IMG/VR virus record: IMGVR_UViG_2529292836_000023
Length of the DNA stretch: 34,006 nucleotides
Direction: 5' to 3' (one strand)
Origin: a virus
Lineage: Duplodnaviria; Heunggongvirae; Uroviricota; Caudoviricetes
Positions 1-9,061 of the stretch are shown here, in pieces (the stretch's first letter is position 1; each line of letters opens with the position of its first letter). Under the pieces are notes generated by a model. That model saw only the letters and a program-made list of their open reading frames with translations. It had not been told where the DNA came from and did not search any database. The position numbers and the translations under genes are program-made.

Positions 1-1362
1 ATGTTTAAACCGGAACTCCTTTCCCCGGCGGGAACGCTGAAAAATATGCGTTACGCTTTCGCTTATGGCGCAGATGCTGTTTATGCGGGCCAGCCGCGTT
101 ACTCCCTGCGTGTGCGCAACAACGAATTCAACCACGAAAATCTTCAGCTCGGCATCAATGAAGCCCACGCGCTGGGGAAAAAGTTTTATGTCGTGGTCAA
201 CATTGCACCGCACAACGCCAAGCTGAAAACCTTTATCCGTGACCTGAAACCGGTGGTGGAAATGGGGCCGGATGCGCTGATTATGTCCGATCCAGGGCTG
301 ATTATGCTGGTGCGTGAGCACTTCCCTGAAATGCCGATCCACCTCTCGGTGCAGGCTAACGCCGTAAACTGGGCGACGGTGAAATTCTGGCAGCAAATGG
401 GCCTGACCCGCGTGATCCTCTCTCGCGAGCTGTCGCTGGAAGAGATTGAAGAGATCCGCAATCAGGTGCCGGATATGGAGATCGAGATCTTCGTTCACGG
501 CGCACTGTGCATGGCCTACTCCGGTCGCTGCCTGCTCTCTGGCTATATCAACAAGCGCGATCCGAACCAGGGTACCTGCACCAACGCCTGCCGCTGGGAG
601 TACAACGTCCAGGAAGGGAAAGAAGATGACGTTGGCAACATCGTACACAAGTACGAGCCGATTCCGGTGCAAAATGTTGAGCCGACGCTGGGTATCGGCG
701 CGCCAACCGACAAAGTGTTTATGATCGAAGAAGCCCAGCGTCCGGGCGAGTATATGACCGCGTTTGAAGATGAGCACGGCACTTACATCATGAACTCGAA
801 AGATCTGCGCGCCATCGCCCATGTAGAACGCCTGACCAAAATGGGCGTGCATTCGCTGAAAATCGAAGGCCGTACTAAATCTTTCTACTATTGCGCACGC
901 ACCGCACAGGTTTACCGTAAAGCTATCGATGACGCCGCTGCGGGCAAACCGTTCGATACCAGCCTGCTGGAAACTCTGGAAGGTCTGGCGCATCGTGGCT
1001 ATACCGAAGGTTTCCTGCGTCGTCATACTCACGACGATTATCAGAACTACGAATACGGTTATTCAGTTTCTGACCGCCAGCAGTTTGTTGGTGAGTTTAC
1101 CGGTGAGCGCAAGGGGGACCTCGCGGCAGTAGCGGTGAAAAATAAATTCTCCGTTGGCGACAGCCTTGAGCTGATGACGCCGCAAGGCAACATTAACTTT
1201 ACCCTTGAGCACATGGAAAACGCCAAAGGTGAAGCGATGCCGGTCGCACCAGGCGATGGTTATACTGTGTGGCTCCCGGTCCCGCAGGATCTTGAGCTCA
1301 ATTACGCTCTGCTGATGCGTAATTTCTCCGGGGAAACCACGCGTAACCCACACGGTAAGTGA
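1..1362 (+). CDS. yegQ: U32-family peptidase YegQ (TrhP), host gene
   Basis: 453-aa ORF starting at window position 1; sequence recalled as enterobacterial YegQ; followed by cyaR as in E. coli. Confidence 0.9.
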   Translation: MFKPELLSPAGTLKNMRYAFAYGADAVYAGQPRYSLRVRNNEFNHENLQLGINEAHALGKKFYVVVNIAPHNAKLKTFIRDLKPVVEMGPDALIMSDPGLIMLVREHFPEMPIHLSVQANAVNWATVKFWQQMGLTRVILSRELSLEEIEEIRNQVPDMEIEIFVHGALCMAYSGRCLLSGYINKRDPNQGTCTNACRWEYNVQEGKEDDVGNIVHKYEPIPVQNVEPTLGIGAPTDKVFMIEEAQRPGEYMTAFEDEHGTYIMNSKDLRAIAHVERLTKMGVHSLKIEGRTKSFYYCARTAQVYRKAIDDAAAGKPFDTSLLETLEGLAHRGYTEGFLRRHTHDDYQNYEYGYSVSDRQQFVGEFTGERKGDLAAVAVKNKFSVGDSLELMTPQGNINFTLEHMENAKGEAMPVAPGDGYTVWLPVPQDLELNYALLMRNFSGETTRNPHGK

Positions 1363-1396
1363 TTAATTTCGATTATTTTTCCCGGATGGAAAATTC

Positions 1397-1446
1397 TTAG
1401 AAACCGATCACATACAGCTGCATTTATTAAGGTTATCATCCGTTTC
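1397..1446 (+). promoter_or_regulatory. cyaR promoter: partial CRP site (TTAGA-N6-TCACA, ~1397-1412, centred near -42) and -10-like TATCAT (~1434-1439)
   Basis: Motifs read directly upstream of the inferred CyaR 5' end at 1447; CyaR is known to be CRP-activated; left half-site is a weak match. Confidence 0.4.
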
Positions 1447-1533
1447 GCTGAAAAACATAACCCATAAAATGCTAGCTGTACCAGGAACCACCTCCTTAGC
1501 CTGTGTAATCTCCCTTACACGGGCTTATTTTTT
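1447..1533 (+). ncRNA. cyaR: CyaR (RyeE) Hfq-dependent sRNA
   Basis: 87-nt stretch GCTGAAAAACATAACCCATAAAATGCTAGCTGTACCAGGAACCACCTCCTTAGCCTGTGTAATCTCCCTTACACGGGCTTATTTTTT matches the recalled E. coli CyaR sequence, including terminator hairpin and U-tract; lies downstream of yegQ as in E. coli. Confidence 0.85.
1507..1533. repeat. attL core, 27 bp AATCTCCCTTACACGGGCTTATTTTTT, overlapping the CyaR terminator
   Basis: Exact direct repeat of 33503-33529; reverse complement equals the recalled P2 att core AAAAAATAAGCCCGTGTAAGGGAGATT. Confidence 0.8.
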
Positions 1534-1597
1534 ACGCGTAATACAATGAAATAAAAGGATTTATTTCTGGTCACGTCCACACATTGACCACATCGAC

Positions 1598-1628
1598 AAA
1601 AAAGCCCCTCAACTGAGGGGCTATTTTT
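1598..1628. terminator. Bidirectional intrinsic terminator downstream of ogr
   Basis: 7-bp GC stem GCCCCTC/GAGGGGC with 4-nt loop, flanked by A6 on one side and TATTTTT on the other. Confidence 0.55.
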
Positions 1629-1632
1629 GTGA

Positions 1633-1851
1633 TCACATCCACATAATTTGCTGCCCTGACGGCAACGGGTGCGGCCTTACGGCGTGGACTTCTCCCGGCT
1701 TCACGATGTATCGCTGTACCGACTCATAAGTGATGAACGTGGCGCTGCAATTCACGTTCTGGCACTGGTGATAACGCTCTTTTGTCGTGTCAGTGATATA
1801 GCGGCTTGTACGCGCATGTGCGGCATGTTGGCATAAAGGACAATGAAACAT
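1633..1851 (-). CDS. ogr: Ogr late-gene transcription activator (zinc finger)
   Basis: 72 aa from ATG at 1851 (GAGG 8 nt upstream): MFHCPLCQHAAHARTSRYITDTTKERYHQCQNVNCSATF..., matching P2 Ogr and its C-x2-C...C-x4-C finger. Confidence 0.9.
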   Translation of the reverse strand: MFHCPLCQHAAHARTSRYITDTTKERYHQCQNVNCSATFITYESVQRYIVKPGEVHAVRPHPLPSGQQIMWM

Positions 1852-1932
1852 CGCGAGCACCTCTTCCGGTTTTGTTGATGGTGCCATTTTAGTTAATTTA
1901 TCCTTATAAAACAAACAGATAAAATAAAAACA

Positions 1933-3096
1933 TCACTCATTATCTTCTGTTTCGTACTCCACATCAGAAAGCCTGACCTCAAGCTCCAAGGACGTCGTGA
2001 AGCCGCTATTATTCAGAAAATGTGTCACCTTAGTGATTGTCCAGTCCTGCTCGTCTATGACGCGCTTAAAGCCTGACACTTTAACCGGTGTTTCCGTGTA
2101 AATATCTGCCCGACCGGTAGCCAGGCTGATGGAGAACTCCGCAACGCCCCGTTGCAGTTTATCCCACTTCGCCTGAGCGGCGCGCATGGCCTGCGCTTTC
2201 GTGGCATATACCGTGGTCAGGGCAAAAACGTTATCAGCCTCACCGGCCATGTATTCACCTTCGCGCGCTTCCGGTACTTTAGGAGCTTTCTTCTGCGTGA
2301 CTGGTTTCGCTTTCGGGTGCTCCAGTGCGCGCAGGTGTTTCTCTTTCTTTTTGCGTTTCAGTTTTACCTTCTGCTTTTGCGGCTTCGGGTCTTTGGTGTG
2401 TAACCACTTTGCCGTTACGCCGGTGTAAGCTCCACGGTCAGCAATCGCAAAATGATGACGGTCGCCGTCGCTGCGGGTGATGGTAATCTGCGGGATTTTT
2501 TTACCACTGGCCGTCCCCCCCTGCCCCGCTTTGAGAAACAACAGTTTTCCCATTTTTACCGAGACCTCCCCGCCGTTGCGTTCTGCAAGACGGGTCAGGA
2601 ATTTCGCATCAGACTCCTGCGACTGGTCGATGTGCGGGATTTTAATTCCGGCCAGTGACGGAGCGACACTGGCTTCCAGTCTGTTACGGGAGGCTATCGC
2701 CTCAACAATCGCACCGAGCGTGGTGTCATGCCAGGAGCCTTCACGGCGGGAATTGAGCGTCCCGCGGAAATCTGCACTCCGGGCGCGGATGGTAACCACA
2801 TCCGGCGCGCCCCGGTGTTCAACCTCATCAACGGTAAATTTCCCTTTGCATACCAGGGCAAAACCTTTCCAGCCGATATACACCGTCAGGACAGCGCCAC
2901 GAATCGGTAGCCCGACCTGCCCGTCGGCGTCGTTCAGTTCAATATCAAGCTGGTCAGCCTCAAAGCCCCGGTTATCCGTCAGGGTCATGCTCATCAGACG
3001 GTCGCTGATATTGCCGGTAATATCCCTGCTGTCGAGCATCAGCATGTAATCCGGCGTCAGCGTACTGCCTGCATCAAATGTCAGCGCATCCAGCAT
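1933..3096 (-). CDS. D: Tail protein gpD
   Basis: 387 aa, same length and position as P2 D (between U and ogr). Confidence 0.9.
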   Translation of the reverse strand: MLDALTFDAGSTLTPDYMLMLDSRDITGNISDRLMSMTLTDNRGFEADQLDIELNDADGQVGLPIRGAVLTVYIGWKGFALVCKGKFTVDEVEHRGAPDVVTIRARSADFRGTLNSRREGSWHDTTLGAIVEAIASRNRLEASVAPSLAGIKIPHIDQSQESDAKFLTRLAERNGGEVSVKMGKLLFLKAGQGGTASGKKIPQITITRSDGDRHHFAIADRGAYTGVTAKWLHTKDPKPQKQKVKLKRKKKEKHLRALEHPKAKPVTQKKAPKVPEAREGEYMAGEADNVFALTTVYATKAQAMRAAQAKWDKLQRGVAEFSISLATGRADIYTETPVKVSGFKRVIDEQDWTITKVTHFLNNSGFTTSLELEVRLSDVEYETEDNE

Positions 3097-3575
3097 TATC
3101 CCGCCTCCGTCATACCCGTGAATTTAGTCGCTATACTGCCAGCCTTACCGATGAGCGATTCCGCCTGTTTACCGATATCGCCATAAAGCGCGGCCAGTGA
3201 TTCATCAACGCGGGTGAGCGACAGCGTAAAATCAATTTTTCGGGGTGTGCCGTCTGCAAAGAAAATACTCCCTGTTTCACTCACCTTACTGATGACATAC
3301 ATGCCGTAAATCATGCCGGTGCCATCCAGCAACGGCCACGCCCGACCTTCCTCTGCCATCAGCCTGAGCGTGGTCATCGTCAGCTTGCCGCCGGTCAGTT
3401 CGGGATAAAGCACACCGGCCAGCGTGATGTTTTCCTCGCCAACACCGAGAAACTGAAAGGCATCCCGTTTACCGATACGGGAATTTGACGGCCAGCGATA
3501 ATCTGATTCACGCTGCATGGTCTGGTGTGGCAGCGTCTGGCGCATAAAAACAAACATACCTAACGCGAGCATCAT
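3096..3575 (-). CDS. U: Tail protein gpU
   Basis: 159 aa, same length and position as P2 U; stop/start overlap with D. Confidence 0.9.
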   Translation of the reverse strand: MMLALGMFVFMRQTLPHQTMQRESDYRWPSNSRIGKRDAFQFLGVGEENITLAGVLYPELTGGKLTMTTLRLMAEEGRAWPLLDGTGMIYGMYVISKVSETGSIFFADGTPRKIDFTLSLTRVDESLAALYGDIGKQAESLIGKAGSIATKFTGMTEAG

Positions 3576-3589
3576 TTTTCGTCACCTCC

Positions 3590-6037
3590 TTAACCGTCAT
3601 GCATCATGCTGGCACGGGCGCGCGCACGTTTATCCCGCTCGTATTTTTCGAGCGCATCCTGTAACTGGCGGTCAAGCTGTGTCCCCGGCGCAGTACCCCC
3701 CGTCAGGCTGATGTGATATTCGTTTTTACTCTGGTCCACATAAGAGCGGCCAGCCGATGCCGTGACCGGCTGATAAGCCTGATAGCCTGCATAAGAGCTG
3801 GTCGCCGGAATATAACCACCGGTGCCATACGTGGCGGCATGAGTTCTGGCGGCGGTCTGGTCAAGTGTGTCTGACTCTTTGTTGATAACACCGAGTTTTT
3901 CCAGTACCCAGTCAATACCACTGCGCAGTTTGTTGAACGCATTAAGCGGCAGCATCAACGCGTCAGCCAGTGCCTGCCCGAACATGACGCCCGTGTCACG
4001 GCAACGGTTCAGGGTGTCCTGGGTGGCTTTGACCGGGGCAATCAGGTTTTTAAACCACTGCCACGCGGCCTGTAACTTTTCACCCAGCCAGTCAAACAGC
4101 GGCTTCAGTGGCGTGAACAGTTCCCCCACCGGCGCAAATGCAGCTTTCAGCCCTTCAACCACACCGCCAAAGAATGCGCTGACAGGCTCCCAGTATTTAC
4201 GGATAAGCAACGCCCCGGCGACAATGGCGGCCACCACGGCCACAACCGGCCAGCTAATCGCCCCGATGGCGGTCATAACAGCACTGCCAACCGTCGTGAA
4301 GACTGCCCCCATTGCGCCTGCTGCCGCGATGATGGCATTGATGCCAGTGATAACCGGCCAGGCTACAAGACCAATGGCACCGATGATGCCAATAAGCGCC
4401 AGCGCGCCACCGACAATGAGGCCGATGGTTGACGCCAGTGATTTGTTTTTCTGGATCCAGCCGTCGAGTTTTAACACATACTTTGTGGCCGTCTGCGTGA
4501 GCTTACGCAGTGCGCCTTCCTGCTGGTCAAACAGGTCTGTCCCCACCGCCTCATAAGCGGACTGAAACTCCTTAAAGTCACCTCCGAGGTTGTCCTGCAT
4601 GATATTTACCAGCTCGGCAGTCTTCCCGTCTGAGGCTTTAAACGCAGCGGTCAGTTTGTCCAGCTTTCCGGTTGAGGCGGCAGTCATCAGCACGGCGGCG
4701 GCTGAGCTGGCCTCCTCCCCGAAAATAGTTTTCATGTATTCAGCCTGCTGGGCAGTACCGAGCCGGTTTTTCTCAAAACTGGCCTGCATTTCTTTCAGAA
4801 TGGTAAATACTGGCCGGGTGTTTCCCTTACTGTCTGAGGTTTTCACGCCAAGCTCTTTGAGTGCATCCCATGCTTTTCCAGTCGGTGCCTGCAGGCGACT
4901 TAACACGGCACGGCTTCCCGTCCCCGCCATTGAGCCTGTGATTTTTGCATCATGCAGCGCCCCGACCATTGCGGCGGTTTCTTCAATGCTGACACCGGCA
5001 TTTTTTGCCACAGGTGCGGCATAGGTCAGCGCATCGCTCATGCCGTCAAAATCGGCGGCGGTTTTGTTCATCGTCATGGAGAGAACATCCCCGATATGAG
5101 CGACCTTATCGTTTGAAAGCTGAAAGGCGGATTTCATCCCCATCAGCAAGGCGGCGTTTTCTTCCATCGTGCGGCGGTTCGCCAGCGCCATATTCAGCGT
5201 GACCGGCGTTGCCGCCTGAATGGCATCAACATCCCCACCGGCTTTCGCAATAATAATCTGCGCACCGGCTGCATCATCCGCCGAGGCTGCGGTATTGTCG
5301 CCGAGCTGGCGCGCCTGCTTGCGTAGTGCAGCCATTTCGGCGGAGTCTTTTGCCACTCCGAGCACGGCCTGCAATTCTGAGTTTTTCTGCGCAAACTCAT
5401 AACCGGGGATCAGCAACTTAACTCCGGCCATCGTTCCCGCCGCCGCAATCCCCACACCGGCAGCGCCCACTGAGGCCATATTTCCGGCCAGTTCCTTTCC
5501 GGCCTGATAACGCTGTTTGACTGCGTTAAGTTTTGCCTGTTGCGCACTGACACGCGCCAGCGCATCACGCTGCCGGTTAAGCTGTGCGGTGGTTTCACTG
5601 ATACGGTTTTTCAGTCCCTGCTCATCATGTGCAAGATTGCGGGTATTAATTCCCACAGCGGCCAGTTCCCGCTGCTGGCGTTTAACGGAATCCGTCAGGC
5701 GGTTATATTTCGCCTGTAAGTCCTCCGCCGCACGCTTTGCGGATTCCAGCACTTTCGCCTGAGCACGGGTCGGACGTTCGGTGTTTTTAAACTGTGTGGC
5801 AAGGGCTTCGGCTTCCTGCCGTGCCTTTTCAAGTGCATGACCAGTCACGGCAAGCTGTGCACTGGTCTTGCGGAATCCCTCAATACGGGATGCGTGACCG
5901 TTCAGCTCGCGCAGTGATTTTTGTGTTTCCCGGATATCCCCCGACAGCGACTTACTCGCTGTACGGATGGATTTAAACGGGCGGGATGCCTGGTCAACAG
6001 CCCTGAGCAATACCTGTAATTTTACATTGTTACTCAT
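3590..6037 (-). CDS. T: Tail tape measure protein gpT
   Basis: 815 aa, same as P2 T; Ala/Gly-rich hydrophobic central segment typical of tape measure proteins. Confidence 0.9.
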   Translation of the reverse strand: MSNNVKLQVLLRAVDQASRPFKSIRTASKSLSGDIRETQKSLRELNGHASRIEGFRKTSAQLAVTGHALEKARQEAEALATQFKNTERPTRAQAKVLESAKRAAEDLQAKYNRLTDSVKRQQRELAAVGINTRNLAHDEQGLKNRISETTAQLNRQRDALARVSAQQAKLNAVKQRYQAGKELAGNMASVGAAGVGIAAAGTMAGVKLLIPGYEFAQKNSELQAVLGVAKDSAEMAALRKQARQLGDNTAASADDAAGAQIIIAKAGGDVDAIQAATPVTLNMALANRRTMEENAALLMGMKSAFQLSNDKVAHIGDVLSMTMNKTAADFDGMSDALTYAAPVAKNAGVSIEETAAMVGALHDAKITGSMAGTGSRAVLSRLQAPTGKAWDALKELGVKTSDSKGNTRPVFTILKEMQASFEKNRLGTAQQAEYMKTIFGEEASSAAAVLMTAASTGKLDKLTAAFKASDGKTAELVNIMQDNLGGDFKEFQSAYEAVGTDLFDQQEGALRKLTQTATKYVLKLDGWIQKNKSLASTIGLIVGGALALIGIIGAIGLVAWPVITGINAIIAAAGAMGAVFTTVGSAVMTAIGAISWPVVAVVAAIVAGALLIRKYWEPVSAFFGGVVEGLKAAFAPVGELFTPLKPLFDWLGEKLQAAWQWFKNLIAPVKATQDTLNRCRDTGVMFGQALADALMLPLNAFNKLRSGIDWVLEKLGVINKESDTLDQTAARTHAATYGTGGYIPATSSYAGYQAYQPVTASAGRSYVDQSKNEYHISLTGGTAPGTQLDRQLQDALEKYERDKRARARASMMHDG

Positions 6038-6457
6038 TCGTGTTTCCGCTTCGCCGGAGCGCCTTTTCGCGCCATGTGATGAGTTCGGTCAGGCTCATGG
6101 GATACAGTTCTGATGGCGGCCAGTGAAATATCACTGCCACATCCGCCATCAGGTCATCGACCGACAGATTTTTCGGAAACGTCACTGTACCGAGTTCGGC
6201 GACAAAAAACCGACCACCTTACCGGCCAGCGCCACAAGGTCAGGCAGTTCCAGTGCGGCGACTTCCTGCTCGGTCAGCATCGGTGCAGTCATGCGCGGCA
6301 GCACCTTAATCAGTGCATCGACTTCGGAGTTCGCGACCGCAGCCAGACTGACACCGCGCAGCGTCCCGGCATTGGGTTTCATCAGCGTGACCTGTTCGAT
6401 GACCTGCTCACCACGCTTGACCGGATTGTCCAGGGTAATCACATTTTCTTTGTTCAT
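6030..6457 (-). CDS. E+E': Tail assembly chaperone E+E' made by programmed -1 frameshift at TTTTTTG (about 6203-6209)
   Basis: Hand translation of the -1 frame from the slippery heptamer gives ...FVAELGTVTFPKNLSVDDLMADVAVIFHWPPSELYPMSLTELITWREKALRRSGNTNE ending at TAA 6030-6032, total ~142 aa as in P2 E+E'; overlaps the start of T. Confidence 0.7.
6182..6457 (-). CDS. E: Tail assembly chaperone gpE
   Basis: 91 aa, same length and position as P2 E. Confidence 0.9.
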   Translation of the reverse strand: MNKENVITLDNPVKRGEQVIEQVTLMKPNAGTLRGVSLAAVANSEVDALIKVLPRMTAPMLTEQEVAALELPDLVALAGKVVGFLSPNSVQ

Positions 6458-6513
6458 GGTTTTCTCACTTCTGAATCAGGGTTAACCGGTCAGCCTGGCT
6501 GACCGGATGAAAA

Positions 6514-7032
6514 TCACAGGCCGATATTGCGGCGGTGTTGCTCCAGCCGGTCGACGCCGTTCACCTTCTCAATCATGTTGATGGTGTCGATTTCGACCAG
6601 CTCCTTACCGTCCATCGTCAGCCGGAAATAGGTGCAGACCACGGAGATTTTCGACTCGGTGTCTTCTCCCTGTTTCCCCTCGCCGGTGTCGATTTCTTTC
6701 TGACGTCCACGCATGACCACCTCGACGGCCACCGTTTCGCCGGTATCGTCGCGCTGGTAAGAGCCAGCAAAACGAATCGGTACGGCATCCACGCCGGTTG
6801 CGGCGTAAAGCTCCCAGATAACCGAATCCGGGAAGCCCCCGAGCGACCACTCCATTGACAGCGCATCGTCATCAAGGCCGAGGTCTACCGGTGCGCTGCC
6901 GTTCATCCCCGCACCGCGATAGTTTTCGAGCTTACGAGTCAGTTTTGGCAGCGTGACGGACTTTGCAACGCCCTGATAGCTGTAGCCGTTCAGAAAGACG
7001 TTCATTAACTTGAGTTTGCGCGGCATTGCCAT
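6514..7032 (-). CDS. FII: Tail tube protein gpFII
   Basis: 172 aa, same length and position as P2 FII. Confidence 0.9.
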   Translation of the reverse strand: MAMPRKLKLMNVFLNGYSYQGVAKSVTLPKLTRKLENYRGAGMNGSAPVDLGLDDDALSMEWSLGGFPDSVIWELYAATGVDAVPIRFAGSYQRDDTGETVAVEVVMRGRQKEIDTGEGKQGEDTESKISVVCTYFRLTMDGKELVEIDTINMIEKVNGVDRLEQHRRNIGL

Positions 7033-7044
7033 CGGTCAGGCTCC

Positions 7045-8235
7045 TTAATTGCTGTTAACCGAAGTGACCAGATTTGCCAGGTATTTATCGGTAATACGCT
7101 GGCGCAGGGTCAGGTTTTCGAGAGGAGGCACCGGAGTATAGTCGTAGTCGATATACAGTTTTCCGGCCTTGAGGGTTTCCGCATCGTTGGATTCTTCGCT
7201 GAACCAGCAGGTCGCATCCACGATATAGCCGTTTGTTTTCAGTTCACGGAATTTGGCATTAATGCCGTCAACGATGTCGCGAATCAGCGTTGCGGTGATG
7301 GGCTTGTCCACCGCCCACATGTGCGCCTCAGCCATCGTGTCGGCCAGCACCTGCGCGGTACGGGTGTAGTTTTCAAAGAGGAACAGCGGGTCATCAGAGC
7401 AGGTACGGTTACCCCAGAAGCGGAAACCGTCGCGGCGAATCAGCGTAGTGACGCCTGACTCGTTAAGCAGGTCAGCATCGGTGCCGGACTCCTGCAAATC
7501 CCAGAATACAGATGCGCTGATGCCGGTAACACCGTTTACCCCGACGTTGGACAGCGTTTTATGCCAGCCCTGCTCCTGGTCGATTTTAGCGCGCAGACCC
7601 AGCGCACGGGCGGTGGCATACGCGGTGGCGGTGGTGCTGCTGACCGTATCCCATGCGAGGAAATCCGGCCAGATGACCATCAGCTCACGCTGGCTGAAAT
7701 TCTGACGGTAGGCTTTCACCTCGGAAATGGTTTTACAGCCCCATGCGCTGATATACCCGAAAGCGCGCAGCTTCTGACAGACTGATGCCAGTGCAACAGC
7801 CACCTCTTTGGTGTCCAGTCCCGGCACGCCGAGAATACGCGGTTTAACACCGGTTACCGACTCCGCCGCCAGCAGGGCTTTCAGTCCGGTGTACTGACCG
7901 TTTTCGTCGGTGGTGCCGATGATATTGGAAACGGTCTGCGCGAGTTTCGTTTCTTCGTCGTCGCCGGTGCCGTCTTCCACACGCACGACAACGGTGACCG
8001 GTTTTGACTGGTCAGCGATGGCCTGCAGCGACGCCGCCAGCGTGCCTTTTTTACCGGCCTTTGCAATTGCGCTCTGCACATTGGTAATCAGCACAGGTTT
8101 ATTGAGGGGGAAGGTTTCCGCATCCGCATCGCTGGCCGTGCAGACCATGCCGACAATGGCAGTGGATACGGTGGAAATGACGCGGGTGCCGTCGTTAATC
8201 TCCAGCACCTGCACGCCGTGATGATAGTCACTCAT
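7045..8235 (-). CDS. FI: Contractile tail sheath protein gpFI
   Basis: 396 aa, same length and position as P2 FI. Confidence 0.9.
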   Translation of the reverse strand: MSDYHHGVQVLEINDGTRVISTVSTAIVGMVCTASDADAETFPLNKPVLITNVQSAIAKAGKKGTLAASLQAIADQSKPVTVVVRVEDGTGDDEETKLAQTVSNIIGTTDENGQYTGLKALLAAESVTGVKPRILGVPGLDTKEVAVALASVCQKLRAFGYISAWGCKTISEVKAYRQNFSQRELMVIWPDFLAWDTVSSTTATAYATARALGLRAKIDQEQGWHKTLSNVGVNGVTGISASVFWDLQESGTDADLLNESGVTTLIRRDGFRFWGNRTCSDDPLFLFENYTRTAQVLADTMAEAHMWAVDKPITATLIRDIVDGINAKFRELKTNGYIVDATCWFSEESNDAETLKAGKLYIDYDYTPVPPLENLTLRQRITDKYLANLVTSVNSN

Positions 8236-8327
8236 CCGTTTAACTCCGTGGTTAATGGGTGCAACTATTTTCTGTTGTGCAGAGCATGAGACGCTATTTG
8301 ACCTGGCTGGTCAGTGGATGAAACAAC

Positions 8328-8358
8328 AGATAAAGAAAAGGCGGGCAATTCGCCCGCC
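8328..8358 (-). terminator. Intrinsic terminator downstream of the Z/fun-locus cargo gene
   Basis: GC-rich 7-bp stem GGCGGGC/GCCCGCC followed on the minus strand by a U-rich tract (CUUUUCUUUA). Confidence 0.5.
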
Positions 8359-8533
8359 TGTCCTGATTTGTACTCACTCATTTTCCAACTGACTATTTAC
8401 ATAGTCCAAACGCTATCAAATCTGACTGTCTGCTTTGAGCGAGGTGCTGACATCCGCATGAATGTATGGAGCTGCCGCACACTCTAAAAATGATAGAACG
8501 TCTATATATTAATTATCCCTAAGTCCAGTTTTA

Positions 8534-9061
8534 TTAATCAATTTTATTACTTTTACCTGCAACCTTTTTATTATAATGATAATAAGAAATAGCACTAGCA
8601 AAATAGGATTTTGTCATCGATACGAAAAAACCCAACAAATCTGCCATGTTATCAATATCAATATTTGGTTTAGTTTTACTGGCTTTAGTAATCTTCATAT
8701 AGAAGTCCACAAACTTACTTTTTTCTTTATCCGTAATCTGATAATTCAATTGATGACTGATTTTATTTCTTATGCTGTTAAAGTCTTTTATTCTTAAATA
8801 TATTTCATCATAAGGGGGTTTTGCAGGCTCATGTTGTATTAAAGCTATTTTTTGTGAAAATGTGAGTTTTGCATCACCCCAAGCTAACGAAGGATATCTT
8901 AATCCAAGATAATCAGTAATATAATTTTCAAGGCTCAAGTGCGCAGTAAGAAAGGCACCTATGAAGGCAACGTCAACCCCATCAACACGTTCCCATATGC
9001 TTTCATTTTCATCAGTCATACCTGTATACACAGCGGTTGATGCAAGATCTTTCCAGTCCAT
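8534..9061 (-). CDS. Hypothetical cargo protein at the P2 Z/fun position; possible HEPN-like protein (Rx4H motif RNKISH)
   Basis: 175-aa ORF with AAGGA Shine-Dalgarno 6 nt upstream of ATG 9061, in a markedly AT-rich block between conserved FI and G; not recognised as any P2 core gene. Confidence 0.7.
   Translation of the reverse strand: MDWKDLASTAVYTGMTDENESIWERVDGVDVAFIGAFLTAHLSLENYITDYLGLRYPSLAWGDAKLTFSQKIALIQHEPAKPPYDEIYLRIKDFNSIRNKISHQLNYQITDKEKSKFVDFYMKITKASKTKPNIDIDNMADLLGFFVSMTKSYFASAISYYHYNKKVAGKSNKID

Noticed and set aside
3867-5024. Plus-strand ORFs of 144-229 aa inside the tape-measure gene T
   Set aside because: They lie antisense or out of frame within an 815-aa ORF that matches P2 T in length and position; low-complexity Ala/Ser/Thr-rich translations typical of spurious ORFs in GC-rich coding DNA.
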